64,000 nucleotides of DNA from Candidatus Omnitrophota bacterium (lineage in GTDB: Bacteria > Omnitrophota > Gorgyraeia > JAFGGP01): NCBI GenBank assembly GCA_016930485.1, contig JAFGGP010000013.1:89157-153156 (forward strand), written 5' to 3'. Shown in pieces: positions 36,652 through 48,126 of this stretch; the stretch's first letter is position 1, and each line of letters starts with the position of its first letter. Below the pieces are notes generated by a model. The model ran no database searches. It saw nothing but the letters and a program-made list of their open reading frames with translations, and had not been told where the DNA came from. Both the position numbers and the translations under genes were made by a program.

Positions 36652-37677
36652 ATGCATTCCCGCGCTCAGGACCCTTCAAGACTGCACACCGCTATTCTTG
36701 GTGACGGTGGCTGGGGAACAACCCTGGCAATTCACCTGCTGAAAAAAGGGGAGTTGCCCACCCTCTGGAGCCCGTTTCCCGAGTATTGTGCATTCTTGAA
36801 AAAAGAACGTCGAAATCCCAAATTTCTACCCGACATCCCCATTCCTTGCAATCTGGAGATAACCGACGACCTAGCGTGTACACTTGGAAATGCCGATATT
36901 ATTACATTGGCCATTCCCTCGCGTTACATGAGAGGAATTCTCGAGAGGATAAAGGGACTTCCCAGAAAAAAAGAGGCTGTCTTTGTGAGTGTCTCAAAAG
37001 GCATAGAACATAAAACCCTTTTAAGAATGAGTGAGCTTATCGTCTCGATTCTCGGAGAAGTCCCACTCGCAATCCTCTCAGGACCTACCATTGCCAAAGA
37101 GCTTGCATCTGGAGTGCCGACAACTGCGGTCATTGCATCGCGTGATAATGGTCTCAGCAAAAACCTTCAGAGTCTCTTCACCAACGGAAACTTCCGGATA
37201 TATACCAGCTGTGATGTAGTTGGGGTGGAGCTCGGAGGAGCCCTTAAAAATGTCATTGCCATAGCCTGCGGCATCTCTGATGGTATGGGGTATAAATCGA
37301 ATGCAAAGGCCGCACTTATTACCCGGGGGCTTGCAGAAATGTCCCGCCTGGGGACTCATTTCGGTGCCGAGGCCAGCACCTTCATGGGCTTAAGCGGTAT
37401 GGGTGATCTGATAACAACCTGCATAAGCCCTTTCAGTCGAAACCGCAGTCTCGGTGAGGCTATCGGACAGGGCAGGTCGCTACGGCACATCCTGGATGAA
37501 ACCGAGATGGTAATCGAGGGGGTTGATACAGTAGTCAGTGCATATGAATTGAGTGTGCGATGCAACATCGACATGCCCATCACCCAAACCGTCTATGCCG
37601 TACTCTACCAGGAGAAAAATCCCCGCACCGCTGTCAGCGAGCTATTCTCGCGTCCCCTGAAGGCGGAAAAATCCTGA
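36652..37677 (+). CDS. gpsA: NAD(P)H-dependent glycerol-3-phosphate dehydrogenase
   Basis: ILGDGGWGTTLA Rossmann motif, LKNVIAIACGISDGMGYKSNAKAALITRGLAEM. Confidence 0.92.
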   Translation: MHSRAQDPSRLHTAILGDGGWGTTLAIHLLKKGELPTLWSPFPEYCAFLKKERRNPKFLPDIPIPCNLEITDDLACTLGNADIITLAIPSRYMRGILERIKGLPRKKEAVFVSVSKGIEHKTLLRMSELIVSILGEVPLAILSGPTIAKELASGVPTTAVIASRDNGLSKNLQSLFTNGNFRIYTSCDVVGVELGGALKNVIAIACGISDGMGYKSNAKAALITRGLAEMSRLGTHFGAEASTFMGLSGMGDLITTCISPFSRNRSLGEAIGQGRSLRHILDETEMVIEGVDTVVSAYELSVRCNIDMPITQTVYAVLYQEKNPRTAVSELFSRPLKAEKS

Positions 37678-37713
37678 TTATCGCAATCCGTTGCCATATC
37701 TGTACGTAATCCC

Positions 37714-37742
37714 TTGAATGCACGACAGCAAGATGATACAAT
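37714..37742 (+). promoter_or_regulatory. candidate tRNA promoter (TTGAAT-17 nt-TACAAT)
   Basis: Boxes at 37714-37719 and 37737-37742. The -10 box ends 17 nt before tRNA position 1. Confidence 0.45.
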
Positions 37743-37759
37743 ACTGCCATTCTTTGTGT

Positions 37760-37837
37760 CGGGACGTAGCGCAGCATGGTTAGCGCACCAGACTGGGGGT
37801 CTGGGGGCCGGCGGTTCGAGTCCGCCCGTCCCGACCA
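37760..37837 (+). tRNA. tRNA-Pro (anticodon GGG), CCA encoded
   Basis: Hand-folded cloverleaf. Acceptor CGGGACG/CGTCCCG, D-arm GCGC..GCGC, anticodon stem CCAGA/TCTGG with loop CTGGGGG, T-arm GGCGG-TTCGAGT-CCGCC, then discriminator A + CCA. Confidence 0.88.
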
Positions 37838-37936
37838 TTTTTAAAAGCTGACACTGCCTGCCATCCTCAGACAGTAGCATGCCTCACAGCGTCTCCTCAA
37901 GCGAATGGCCGCACCCTTATCTTCTGTAATCTTTCT

Positions 37937-37965
37937 TTGGAAAAAACGTCAGAATCGGATATAAT
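37937..37965 (+). promoter_or_regulatory. candidate promoter for hom cluster (TTGGAA-17 nt-TATAAT)
   Basis: Boxes at 37937-37942 and 37960-37965. GGAGG precedes ATG 38011. Confidence 0.45.
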
Positions 37966-38010
37966 AGTACAATACTATTTTCACATATGGCAGAGTAATG
38001 GAGGAAAGAG

Positions 38011-39315
38011 ATGAAAAAAATATCGATAGCCCTCATCGGTCTCGGCACTGTGGGACGTGGCGTAGTAAAGGTCCTGAAAAAAAGGCGCCTTCAGCTTACC
38101 AAGCAGCTTGGCATAGATATATCGCTGGATGTGATATGCGAAAAAACCGCCCTCGGTCGTAAAGACTGCGAGCTTGTCAAAGGGTGCACTGTATCAAAAG
38201 ATGCCCTGGCTGTTGCGCGTCAGAAAAATGTCGATATTCTCATTGAACTGATCGGCGGCATTCATCCTGCAAAAAAAATCATAATTGAGGCCCTCAAAAA
38301 CGGAAAGCATGTCGTAACCGCCAACAAGGCCCTGCTTGCCGAGCAGGGCGATGAGATCTTCCTAGCAGCGCAGAAGGCGAGGCGTGAATTGCGGTTCGAG
38401 GCAAGCGTTGCGGGAGGCGTCCCGATTATCAAAGCCCTCAGAGAAGGGTTTGTAGCTAATCAAATAGATGAAATCTATGGCATACTGAATGGCACCTCTA
38501 ACTATATCCTCACCAGCATGGAAGATAGAGGTTATTCGTTTAGCAGCGCACTCAAAGAGGCTCAGGAAAAAGGTTATGCCGAACGCAATCCCGGCTTAGA
38601 CATCGATGGTGTCGATGCCGCCCATAAAATATCGCTTCTGGCCCTCCTGGCATTTAATAAACGTATGCCGTTCGATACCGTATACAGAGAGGGAATCAGG
38701 TCGATTACATTAGGCGATATTCTCTATGCGCGGGAACTGGGTGCGGTCATTAAACTGTTAGCGGTTGCAAAACGCCAAGGCAATAAAATCGATGTCCGCG
38801 TGCACCCGACCCTCATACCTATTGAGCATCCTTTGAGCTCTGTGCGCGGGGCATTTAACGCCGTATTTGTAAAGGGCGATTTAGTCGGCGAGACCCTTTT
38901 CTTCGGGCAGGGGGCAGGGGAAAAACCGACTGCCAGCGCCGTTGTAAGTGACGTGGTTGATCTAGCAAAAGAAATTGCGGGCGGACTCACCGAAGTCCCA
39001 AAGGTCGGACTCGGCAAAAAGGCCTCCTTGAGAGAACTTAAAAATATCAGCGATATTGAGACAAAATACTACATTCGATTCCAGGCTATTGATCAGCCCG
39101 GGGTCCTTGCGCAAATAGCAAAGATACTCGGCGCCCACGCCATAAGCATCTCGAGTGTTTTGCAACAGGAGAGAAATAAGGCAAAGAGTGTTCCGGTTAT
39201 CATGATCACACATGAAGCAACGGAAAAAAATATAAAAAGAGCGCTGAAACAAATCGAAAAATTGAACGTTATCAAAGGCCAGAGTGTTGCCATCAGAATG
39301 GAGCGCTTATCATGA
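38011..39315 (+). CDS. hom: homoserine dehydrogenase (with C-terminal ACT domain)
   Basis: [10 protein letters not shown] Rossmann motif, [20 protein letters not shown], and ACT-like [22 protein letters not shown]. Confidence 0.92.
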   Translation: MKKISIALIGLGTVGRGVVKVLKKRRLQLTKQLGIDISLDVICEKTALGRKDCELVKGCTVSKDALAVARQKNVDILIELIGGIHPAKKIIIEALKNGKHVVTANKALLAEQGDEIFLAAQKARRELRFEASVAGGVPIIKALREGFVANQIDEIYGILNGTSNYILTSMEDRGYSFSSALKEAQEKGYAERNPGLDIDGVDAAHKISLLALLAFNKRMPFDTVYREGIRSITLGDILYARELGAVIKLLAVAKRQGNKIDVRVHPTLIPIEHPLSSVRGAFNAVFVKGDLVGETLFFGQGAGEKPTASAVVSDVVDLAKEIAGGLTEVPKVGLGKKASLRELKNISDIETKYYIRFQAIDQPGVLAQIAKILGAHAISISSVLQQERNKAKSVPVIMITHEATEKNIKRALKQIEKLNVIKGQSVAIRMERLS

Positions 39316-40385
39316 TGTACAAGGAATGGAAAGGCGTTATTGACCACTACAAAGACTATCTGCCGATTAGCGCAAACACGACCATTGTTACCCTCAGGGA
39401 AGGGGGGACGCCTCTGATCGAGGCCTCGAAACTTGAAAAACGAATCGGTCCTCGTTGCCGTCTTTTTCTGAAGTTCGAGGGGCTCAATCCGACCGGTTCG
39501 TTTAAGGACCGGGGAATGACACTTGCGGTTTCAAAGGCGCTTGAAGAAGGGGCAAAGGCGGTCATCTGCGCCTCGACCGGAAACACCTCTGCATCGGCTG
39601 CCGCCTATGCGGCGCGGGCGTCAATGAAGGCGGTAGTCCTTGTGCCCAACGCGGCGGTTGCCTTGGGAAAACTGGCACAGGCATTGATTCACGGTGCCAA
39701 GATGATAACAATCGATGGCAACTTTGATGATGCATTGCGTCTGGTAAGGGACATATCCAGGGATTATCCCGTCACGCTGGTTAATTCGGTCAATCCGTAC
39801 AGAATAGAAGGACAAAAGACAGGGGCGTTTGAAATATGCGATCAACTTGGGGGCGTCTCCCCTGATTTTCATGCAATACCTGTCGGCAATGCCGGTAATA
39901 TCACTGCCTACTGGAAAGGGTACAGGGAGTATTTTCAACACAAAAAAATAGATCGGCTGCCCAAGATGCTGGGTTTTCAGGCAGAAGGTGCCGCCCCCAT
40001 TGTCCGGGGAAAACCTATCGCCAATCCCCAGACGCTCGCGACCGCAATTAAAATCGGAAATCCGGCAAGCTGGCAGAGTGCCGTCGAGGCGCAGAAGGAA
40101 TCAGAAGGTCTTATCGATACGGTAACCGACGAAGAAATCGTGCGGGCATATCAACTGCTTGCCGCAGAAGAAGGGGTCTTCGTCGAACCGGCCTCTGCCG
40201 CCTCGGTCGCAGGCGTGCTGAAACTCGCTCAAAAAGGCTGGTTTCCCGAGAGGCCATTTACGTGCGTTTGCATACTTACCGGACATGGCCTGAAGGACCC
40301 GGAGAGAGCAATTAAGACTATCTCACACGACGCAACCCCCTGTGCCCCAACCGTCAAAGACGTCCTAAAAAGAATCGGCCTTTAA
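39312..40385 (+). CDS. thrC: threonine synthase
   Basis: PLP-lysine motif [31 protein letters not shown]. 4-nt overlap with hom. Confidence 0.93.
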   Translation: MMYKEWKGVIDHYKDYLPISANTTIVTLREGGTPLIEASKLEKRIGPRCRLFLKFEGLNPTGSFKDRGMTLAVSKALEEGAKAVICASTGNTSASAAAYAARASMKAVVLVPNAAVALGKLAQALIHGAKMITIDGNFDDALRLVRDISRDYPVTLVNSVNPYRIEGQKTGAFEICDQLGGVSPDFHAIPVGNAGNITAYWKGYREYFQHKKIDRLPKMLGFQAEGAAPIVRGKPIANPQTLATAIKIGNPASWQSAVEAQKESEGLIDTVTDEEIVRAYQLLAAEEGVFVEPASAASVAGVLKLAQKGWFPERPFTCVCILTGHGLKDPERAIKTISHDATPCAPTVKDVLKRIGL

Positions 40386-40397
40386 GCCGTACATACC

Positions 40398-41204
40398 ATG
40401 AACGTTTCTTGCAGAAAGACATATCTGATAGGTGTAACCGGGGCGTTTCTTATTGCCGTCGGGGTATGGCTATCGGGTTGCGCAACCGAATACAATCTGG
40501 CGACAAACCAGGAAGAATCCTATCTCATCACCGATGCCCGCGAGGTGGCACTCGGCGCCAAACTGGCAAAACGGGTGGAAAATAAATTCCCGATGATCTG
40601 GGATGACCGGCTTCTTGATAAGGTGATTAGTACTGGCGAGGCGCTTGGCAGGGCCTCTGACAGGAACGAACTTATTTACCACTTCGGCATCATTGATGAA
40701 GAAGACCTTAATGCCTTTGCCATACCGGGCGGTTTCGTCTATGTCAACAGGGGGCTTCTGGAGGAGGCAACCGATGACGAACTTGCATGTGTCCTGGCTC
40801 ATGAAATTGGTCATATCGCTGCGAAGCACTCGATTAAAAGACTGCAATCAGCACTCGGTTTCACGTTTCTGAAGGTCTTTGCGGCCATGGAGGTTGAAGA
40901 CCACAGATATTATCAAAACGCTGATATGGCACTCAACGAACTTCTTCTGGCCTATTCGCGCAAAGACGAACTTGAGGCAGACCGTCTGGCGGTCAAGTAT
41001 GTCAAGGCAGCGGGGTATCATCCGGAGGCAATGATCTCATTCTTTGATAAACTGGATGAGATTCACAACAAAAAGCCCTCTCGAATATACCGCTATCAAA
41101 GAACCCACCCCTATATTGACGACCGAAGGAGAGTGGTGAGACAGGAGATCTTTGGGCAAAACAGCTTTCTTGATTACATGAATAAAACCTCGGATGCGTT
41201 CTAG
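40398..41204 (+). CDS. M48 family zinc metallopeptidase, lipoprotein
   Basis: Lipobox WLSGC. HEIGHIAAKH (HExxH) and a downstream ELEADR Glu-containing helix. Confidence 0.8.
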   Translation: MNVSCRKTYLIGVTGAFLIAVGVWLSGCATEYNLATNQEESYLITDAREVALGAKLAKRVENKFPMIWDDRLLDKVISTGEALGRASDRNELIYHFGIIDEEDLNAFAIPGGFVYVNRGLLEEATDDELACVLAHEIGHIAAKHSIKRLQSALGFTFLKVFAAMEVEDHRYYQNADMALNELLLAYSRKDELEADRLAVKYVKAAGYHPEAMISFFDKLDEIHNKKPSRIYRYQRTHPYIDDRRRVVRQEIFGQNSFLDYMNKTSDAF

Positions 41205-41321
41205 GTTTCTTTGGATAGCCTCTATCCCTGTGGTATTGTTAGGGATCCTATACCAAATAGTATTGACCGCATGTACTCTATATGTTAGTATAATGCAACA
41301 CACTAAGCGTACGAGGGGACT

Positions 41322-42542
41322 ATGAAATATGCGGTGCTGGTAGGGGACGGAATGGCAGACTTCCCGAACCCTGATTTAGACAACAAGACACCTCTTGAGG
41401 TTGCCAAGACACCTCATCTGGACGCCATAGCAAAAATGGGGATTTCTGGACTCACCAGAACAATTCCCCAAGGTCTTGCTCCTGGCAGCGATGTCGGCAT
41501 ACTCTCGGTCCTTGGGTATAATCCTGCCGAGCATTATACCGGCCGTGCACCGCTTGAGGCGGCAAGCATGGGGATTGTGCTGGCCGATAATGAGTACGCG
41601 CTGCGCTGCAACCTCATTACCGCCGAGGCCGATACCCTCATAGATTACAGCGCCGGCCACATTTCTTCCAAAGAGGCAAAAGTCCTCATTGAGGAACTGG
41701 ATCGTAAGTTGGCCGACAGCGGGATACGCTTTCACGCCGGGGTAAGCTATCGTCATCTCTTAGTCGTCAATAAAACAAAGGCCCCGGCCTACGAAGCCCT
41801 TGATATTAGTCAATTACGTGCAAGGCCTCCCCATGATATTACCGGAGGCTCTATTTCCTCTAATCTGCCGACCGGCCCGGGGGCTGAATTGATTGTGAGC
41901 CTTATGGAACGTTCCCGGGCGTTATTAAGCGCGCATGACATCAATACGGTACGAATAGACCTTGGAGAAAACCCTGCGAATATGATATGGCTGTGGGGTG
42001 GGGGAAAACGTCCTCACCTGCCGAAATTTTCGGAAATGCATCACATCCAGGGAGGGCTTATCTCCGCGGTAGATCTGGTAAAGGGTATCGGGAGACTTAT
42101 TAATCTTGATGTACTCGATGTTCCCGGCATCACCGGTTACTATGACACCGACTACGATGCAAAAGCGAGCTATGCGATTGAAAAACTCAGGAAGGCGGAT
42201 TTCATCTTCGTTCATCTTGAATCGATAGATGAGGCCGGGCACAATAAAGATCTACGACAAAAGATAGTAGCGATTGAGAAGTTCGACAGGTGCATCGTCG
42301 GTCCGATACATGAATATCTCAAAAAACAGGGAGAGTACCGTATAATGGTTATGTCGGATCACGCAACCCCGGTGTCTCTCGGGCGGCACACCGAAGATCC
42401 GGTGCCAGCGTGCATTTGCGGTTCCCGGATTCATGCCGATGCCGTTGAGGTCTACAGTGAAACAGCCGCCAAGGAAGGCAGTTTGGTCGTCGAGCAGGCT
42501 AACAAACTCATGGATTTTCTGCTAGTGGGAACGCAATCATGA
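41322..42542 (+). CDS. cofactor-independent phosphoglycerate-mutase-family (metalloenzyme) protein; probable non-canonical homoserine kinase
   Basis: MKYAVLVGDGMAD N-terminus, ESIDEAGHNKD and SDHATP metal-site motifs of the apgM-like family. Sits between thrC and lysC (4-nt overlap with lysC) in a window with no thrB. Confidence 0.65.
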   Translation: MKYAVLVGDGMADFPNPDLDNKTPLEVAKTPHLDAIAKMGISGLTRTIPQGLAPGSDVGILSVLGYNPAEHYTGRAPLEAASMGIVLADNEYALRCNLITAEADTLIDYSAGHISSKEAKVLIEELDRKLADSGIRFHAGVSYRHLLVVNKTKAPAYEALDISQLRARPPHDITGGSISSNLPTGPGAELIVSLMERSRALLSAHDINTVRIDLGENPANMIWLWGGGKRPHLPKFSEMHHIQGGLISAVDLVKGIGRLINLDVLDVPGITGYYDTDYDAKASYAIEKLRKADFIFVHLESIDEAGHNKDLRQKIVAIEKFDRCIVGPIHEYLKKQGEYRIMVMSDHATPVSLGRHTEDPVPACICGSRIHADAVEVYSETAAKEGSLVVEQANKLMDFLLVGTQS

Positions 42543-43780
42543 AAAATCTCATTGTCCAGAAATATGGCGGCAGTTCCGTAGCAACCCCGGAGCGTATCCT
42601 TGCCGTTGCCAAACGGATCGCCTCTTATAAAAAGAAAAAACACAGAATAGTCGTTGTGGTCTCCGCGCTGGGCGATACAACCGATAATCTTATTGAGCTC
42701 GCCCATCGCGTCACCTCTCAGCCATCAGAACGTGAAGTGGACATGCTCATCTCAACCGGCGAGCAGGTATCGATCGCGCTTTTGGCCATGGCACTCCATA
42801 AATTCGGCGTTGACGCTATCTCGTTTACCGGAGCACAGGTAGGCATTATGACGGATTCCCGGCACACGAAGGCAAAGGTCCTAGACATAAATGCCGAGAG
42901 AATACGACGCGAACTGCGCAAGGACAAAGTAGTTATCGTAGCAGGGTTTCAGGGGGTTGATACCCGTCAAAACATTACGACGCTTGGCCGCGGTGGATCC
43001 GATTTAACGGCCGTTGCCCTGGCAAAGGTTTTGAGCGCTGCTACATGTGAGATATATACCGATGTCAACGGTGTCTACACCGCTGATCCGCGCATCGTGG
43101 CTGAGGCACGCCTGATCCCCTACATCAGTTATGACGAGATGTTTGAACTTGCCTCGCTCGGCGCTCAGGTGATGCAGGCGCGATCCATCGAGGTTGCAAA
43201 AAAGTTTCACGTACCATTACATATACGATCCTCATTCAGCTCTCAGGAGGGAACTATGATCTCAAAAGAGACAAAGGCCTTGGAGGCCGTAGTCGTAAGC
43301 GGCATCGCCCTTAAGAAAGATGAGGCCAAGGTAACGCTCTGCGACATCCCCGATCGTCCGGGAATAGCCGCAAAAATTTTCGACGCCATATCAAAGGCGG
43401 GGATCAATGTCGATATGATCGTCCAAAATGTCGGGAGGACGGCCAAGGCCGATATGTCCTTTACCGTCGCGCGCACAGAGCTGGGAAAGACAATGCCTGC
43501 CATCAAAAAAATCGCAAAAGCGCTCAAGGCACCGAAGGTACTCTTTGACGATGATATTGCCAAAATCTCGGTTATCGGCATCGGCATGCGAAGTCACTCG
43601 GGCGTAGCCGCTACCATGTTCAAGGCGCTCGCCTCAAAAAAAATAAATATCGAAATGATATCAACCTCTGAGATAAAAATCTCATGTATCGTGGCAAGGA
43701 AACACGCGGAAGAGGCAGCGCGTGTCCTCCACAAGGCATTTGGCCTTGATGTGGGTGGCAAAAAAATAAAAAAGAAATAG
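42539..43780 (+). CDS. lysC: aspartate kinase (two ACT domains)
   Basis: IVQKYGGSSV, VVVVSA, GRGGSDLTAVALA, and C-terminal ACT repeats (IPDRPGIAAKIFDAIS; HSGVAATMFKALAS). Confidence 0.92.
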   Translation: MKNLIVQKYGGSSVATPERILAVAKRIASYKKKKHRIVVVVSALGDTTDNLIELAHRVTSQPSEREVDMLISTGEQVSIALLAMALHKFGVDAISFTGAQVGIMTDSRHTKAKVLDINAERIRRELRKDKVVIVAGFQGVDTRQNITTLGRGGSDLTAVALAKVLSAATCEIYTDVNGVYTADPRIVAEARLIPYISYDEMFELASLGAQVMQARSIEVAKKFHVPLHIRSSFSSQEGTMISKETKALEAVVVSGIALKKDEAKVTLCDIPDRPGIAAKIFDAISKAGINVDMIVQNVGRTAKADMSFTVARTELGKTMPAIKKIAKALKAPKVLFDDDIAKISVIGIGMRSHSGVAATMFKALASKKINIEMISTSEIKISCIVARKHAEEAARVLHKAFGLDVGGKKIKKK

Positions 43781-43794
43781 GCATAAGGTGACTT

Positions 43795-45375
43795 ATGAAA
43801 CGACAGATCTCCATATACGATACGACGTTACGAGACGGGGCACAGGCAGAGGGTGTCTCGTTGACTGTTCAGGATAAGCTGAATATCGCCAGGCGACTCG
43901 ATGCGCTGGGTGTACACTATATTGAAGGAGGCTGGCCCGGCTCTAACGCAAAAGATAAAGAATTTTTTGAGAAGGCAAGAAAGCTTACATTTAAAAAAGC
44001 CCGGCTTACTGCCTTTAGTAGCACACACCATCCTAAAAGCCCCGTCGATAAGGATGTTATTTTAAAAACGCTTCTTCATCCGAAATGTAAGGTTGACACG
44101 GCAACCATTTTCGGAAAAAGCTGGGATCTCCATGTGAGGGATGTTTTTCGGATCTCACTGGAGGAAAATCTGCGCATGATTTTTGAGACGGTCGACTATC
44201 TTAAGTCAAAAAAACTCGAGGTCATCTATGACGCCGAGCATTTTTTTGACGGGTTTAAGGCAAACCCCGAGTATGCGCTGAAAAGCCTCCTCAGGGCAGA
44301 AGAAGCGGGTGCCGATGCAATCGTCCTGTGCGATACAAACGGGGGAACGGTCACTGCCGAACTGGTACGAATTATCGAGGAGGTAAAAAAACACGTCTCT
44401 GCGCAGCTGGGTATCCACTGCCACAACGACAGCGAAATGGCCGTCGCCAATTCAATTGCCGCGGTGCAGGCAGGATGCACCCAGGTACAGGGAACGATAA
44501 ACGGTTATGGCGAGCGCTGCGGGAACGCTAATCTCTGTTCGATTATCCCGACCCTGCAGGGGAAGCTTGGAGTAGCCTGCCTTAACCCCGGCAAACTGAA
44601 GGAATTGACCGAGGTGTCTCATTACATTGCCGAAGTCTGCAATATGCGGCAAGCGGGCAATCAGCCGTATGTCGGCGCCAGTGCCTTCGCCCATAAAGGA
44701 GGAGTCCATATTAATGCGGTTATGAAAAACCCGGTGACGTATGAACATATCGATCCGGCTCTCATCGGTAATAAACGTCGCATTCTGGTCTCGGAGCTCT
44801 CAGGAAGAAGTGCCATTTTGTATAAAAAAGGCTTTCAGGAAATAGACCTCGAGAAAAATACACCGCAAACCAAAAAACTTCATAAACTCCTCCAAACCCT
44901 TGAGCATCAGGGGTACCAGTTTGAGGCCGCTGAAGCATCCTTTGAGCTGCTGATGAAACGGGCAATGAAAAAATATACCCCTTTTTTCAGTCTTAAGGGT
45001 TTTCGCGTCAGTGTGGAAAAGCGCCAGGACAATACCCTTATCTCCGAGGCAACCATCAAGGTAAAGGTAAATAGACAGGAAGTGCACACGGCTGCTGAGG
45101 GAGACGGCCCGGTGAACGCCCTGGATAGTGCGCTGCGAAAAGCGCTTGAGACATTTTATCCCAGTCTTAACGAAATGCATCTCTCCGATTTTAAGGTGCG
45201 GGTGCTCGACGAAAAAGCAGGGACAGCAGCCAAGGTACGGGTCCTCATTCAATCGCAGGATGCAAGAGAATCCTGGGGAACCGTAGGGGTCTCCGAAAAC
45301 ATCATTGAGGCCAGCTGGCAGGCGCTGGTCGACAGCGTCGAATACAAACTCCTGAAAGATAGATCACAAAAGTAA
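43795..45375 (+). CDS. cimA: (R)-citramalate synthase (IPMS/homocitrate synthase family, long form)
   Basis: [31 protein letters not shown], and a C-terminal LeuA-dimer-like regulatory domain. At 526 aa the length and N-terminus fit the CimA subgroup as I recall it. Confidence 0.75.
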   Translation: MKRQISIYDTTLRDGAQAEGVSLTVQDKLNIARRLDALGVHYIEGGWPGSNAKDKEFFEKARKLTFKKARLTAFSSTHHPKSPVDKDVILKTLLHPKCKVDTATIFGKSWDLHVRDVFRISLEENLRMIFETVDYLKSKKLEVIYDAEHFFDGFKANPEYALKSLLRAEEAGADAIVLCDTNGGTVTAELVRIIEEVKKHVSAQLGIHCHNDSEMAVANSIAAVQAGCTQVQGTINGYGERCGNANLCSIIPTLQGKLGVACLNPGKLKELTEVSHYIAEVCNMRQAGNQPYVGASAFAHKGGVHINAVMKNPVTYEHIDPALIGNKRRILVSELSGRSAILYKKGFQEIDLEKNTPQTKKLHKLLQTLEHQGYQFEAAEASFELLMKRAMKKYTPFFSLKGFRVSVEKRQDNTLISEATIKVKVNRQEVHTAAEGDGPVNALDSALRKALETFYPSLNEMHLSDFKVRVLDEKAGTAAKVRVLIQSQDARESWGTVGVSENIIEASWQALVDSVEYKLLKDRSQK

Positions 45376-45385
45376 CCATCGCCTG

Positions 45386-45427
45386 ACAAGAGAGAGGAAG
45401 GACGCACTGTCTTCTCTCTTGTTTTGT
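45386..45427 (+). terminator. bulged hairpin + TTTTGT after cimA
   Basis: The outer 10 bp ACAAGAGAGA / TCTCTCTTGT pair perfectly and the inner stem is bulged. The tail is TTTTGT. Confidence 0.35.
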
Positions 45428-45441
45428 ATAGGGACCGTTTT

Positions 45442-48126
45442 ATGGATGAACTGTCACCCCGATACAATCCGAAAGAGGTGGAAGAGAAATGGTACCGTTT
45501 CTGGGAAGAGCGCGGAACATTTGCGCCTGTCCATAAGAAAAAGCCGTATACCATTGTTATCCCCCCGCCCAATGTGACAGGGATACTGCACATGGGGCAT
45601 GGTCTCAATAATACCGTTCAAGATGTACTTATCCGGTGGAGGCGTATGCAAGGTTTTGCCACACTCTGGGTCCCTGGAACGGATCATGCCGGTATTGCAA
45701 CTCAGAATGTAGTAGAAAAAGCCCTCAGAAAAGAGGGGAAAACGCGCTATGATCTCGGTCGCGAGGCGTTTATACAGCGTGTATGGCAGTGGAGGGAAGA
45801 ATACGGATCGACTATCATAAAGCAATTAAAAAAACTCGGGTGTTCGTGCGATTGGTCGCGAACACGGTTTACCATGGATGAGGGATTATCGGATGCCGTC
45901 TTAGAGGTCTTTATCCGGCTCTACAAAAAGGGGTTAATTTACCGCTCAAATTACATTATTAACTGGTGCCCCCGTTGCAATACTGCTCTTTCTGACGAAG
46001 AGGTCGAGCACCGCGAACTCGAGGGTAATCTGTATTATATCAAGTACCCGGTAAAGGGATACGAGGAACAGGGTGATGAGTTTCTGACCATTGCCACAAC
46101 CAGACCCGAGACGATGTTGGCGGATGTCGCCATAGGCATTAACCCCGAAGATAAACGGTACAAGAGACTCGTCGGAAAAACCGCCATTCTGCCCCTGGTC
46201 GGCAGGGAACTTGTTATTATTCCGGACGACATTATCGATCCGCACTTTGGCACCGGGGCCCTTAAGGTTACCCCGGCACACGACCCGGTAGATTTTGAAA
46301 TCGGCCTCAGACACCACCTGACACCAATCAACGTCTTTGAGCCAAATGCAACCATCAATGAAAACGCCCCCGAACGGTTTCGCGGACTCGATCGGTTTGA
46401 CTGCCGAAAAAAAATAATAGAAGAGTTAAAAGAAAATGATTTTCTCTTAAAAACCGAGTCACATCTTCATGCGGTTGGACACTGTTATCGGTGTCACACA
46501 CCGGTAGAGCCGCGTATTTCCCTCCAGTGGTTCGTGAAGATGGGGCCCCTGGCCCGTCCTGCCATAAAATACGTTACCAGAAAAAAGATCGTCTTTATTC
46601 CGGAACGATGGACAAAGGTCTATTTAGAATGGATGGGCAACATCAAAGACTGGTGCATCAGCCGCCAGATATGGTGGGGGCATCGCATCCCTGTATACTA
46701 CTGCAAGGACTGTGAGGCATCCGGCAGGAAAGATGCCTTTATTGTATCCAAGACCCCTGTTACACAGTGTCCCTCGTGCCGAGGGACGAATATCGAACAG
46801 GATCCTGACGTACTCGATACGTGGTTCTCTTCGTGGCTGTGGCCGTTTTCCACATTAGGCTGGCCCAAAAAGACAAAAGACCTCGCCTCTTTTTATCCTA
46901 CATCGACGCTCGTAACGGCCCAGGAGATCATATTTTTCTGGGTCGCCCGTATGATTATGTCGGGTCTCGAATTTATGGGGTCCATTCCGTTTGCAAACGT
47001 ATATATTCACGGCACGGTACGTGACGATACAGGAAAAAAGATGAGCAAATCGCTCGGCAACATCATCGACCCACTCGATATTATTGAAGAGTTTGGGGCA
47101 GATGCCCTGCGCTTCAGTCTTATTTTCATTACAGCAAAAGGACAGGACGTTTTTCTCTCGAAGGAAAAGTTCCATGTGGGAAGAAACTTTGCTAATAAAA
47201 TCTGGAATGCAACCAGATTTATCCTTTTGAACCTCGACAAAGAAAAAGCCGTGCCGGATATCGGACGGCTCCAAAAAATACAGTTTTCCTCAGCAGACCG
47301 GTGGATTCTCTCGAGACTCAATCAGACCATCAAAACCACAACGACTGCCTTAGAGGAGTTTCGCTTTAATGACGCTGCGAACAATATCTACGAATTTTTC
47401 TGGCATCAGTTCTGTGACTGGTACCTTGAGATTTCCAAAAGAGATATCAAAGAAAATTCCGTAACCCAGGCGGTTCTGCTCGAAGTGCTTACCAAGTCCC
47501 TGCAACTGCTCCATCCTTTTATGCCATTTATTACCGAAGAGATATGGCAGATACTCGCCTCCTTTTCTGCGCAAAGTGCATCCAAAGATGCAAGCATCAT
47601 GTTGTCGCCGTGGCCGGCCGTTAAGAAGGAATACATCAATCTGGATGCCGAGAACGCGATGAGGTATCTCACCGATATAATTATAGTGGTGCGCAATATC
47701 CGCGCTGAGATGAATGTGGCGCCCGATGTCAAACCTGATTGCATGCTGGTAACCCATAACAAGAAATGCACCGAGCTCATCCGGCGACACATCAATCTGA
47801 TTGCATCTTTGGGCAATCTGCACACAATCGAGGTAGCAGAGTCCGGAGGCAAACCACCAATGAGTGCAACAGGCATAGTTGGCACAACGGAGATTTTTCT
47901 TAAGTTACAGGGCATTATTGACATAGAGGCCGAAAAAATGCGCCTCTTGAAAAAAATCCAAAAGAAAGAAAAGGACCTGGCGGGGATGCTCAATCGTCTG
48001 GAGGATGCCGAGTTTTCGAAGAAGGCCCCCCACCACATTATCGAAAAGTCAATCGCTTATCGTGACGCCCTCGCAGAAGAACTGAATAAGCTGAGGATTC
48101 ACATCCAGAACCTTGAACAGTTATGA
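45442..48126 (+). CDS. valS: valine--tRNA ligase
   Basis: PPPNVTGILHMGH (HIGH), KMSKS, and a C-terminal coiled-coil. ATG 45442 is preferred over 45424. Confidence 0.96.
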   Translation: MDELSPRYNPKEVEEKWYRFWEERGTFAPVHKKKPYTIVIPPPNVTGILHMGHGLNNTVQDVLIRWRRMQGFATLWVPGTDHAGIATQNVVEKALRKEGKTRYDLGREAFIQRVWQWREEYGSTIIKQLKKLGCSCDWSRTRFTMDEGLSDAVLEVFIRLYKKGLIYRSNYIINWCPRCNTALSDEEVEHRELEGNLYYIKYPVKGYEEQGDEFLTIATTRPETMLADVAIGINPEDKRYKRLVGKTAILPLVGRELVIIPDDIIDPHFGTGALKVTPAHDPVDFEIGLRHHLTPINVFEPNATINENAPERFRGLDRFDCRKKIIEELKENDFLLKTESHLHAVGHCYRCHTPVEPRISLQWFVKMGPLARPAIKYVTRKKIVFIPERWTKVYLEWMGNIKDWCISRQIWWGHRIPVYYCKDCEASGRKDAFIVSKTPVTQCPSCRGTNIEQDPDVLDTWFSSWLWPFSTLGWPKKTKDLASFYPTSTLVTAQEIIFFWVARMIMSGLEFMGSIPFANVYIHGTVRDDTGKKMSKSLGNIIDPLDIIEEFGADALRFSLIFITAKGQDVFLSKEKFHVGRNFANKIWNATRFILLNLDKEKAVPDIGRLQKIQFSSADRWILSRLNQTIKTTTTALEEFRFNDAANNIYEFFWHQFCDWYLEISKRDIKENSVTQAVLLEVLTKSLQLLHPFMPFITEEIWQILASFSAQSASKDASIMLSPWPAVKKEYINLDAENAMRYLTDIIIVVRNIRAEMNVAPDVKPDCMLVTHNKKCTELIRRHINLIASLGNLHTIEVAESGGKPPMSATGIVGTTEIFLKLQGIIDIEAEKMRLLKKIQKKEKDLAGMLNRLEDAEFSKKAPHHIIEKSIAYRDALAEELNKLRIHIQNLEQL

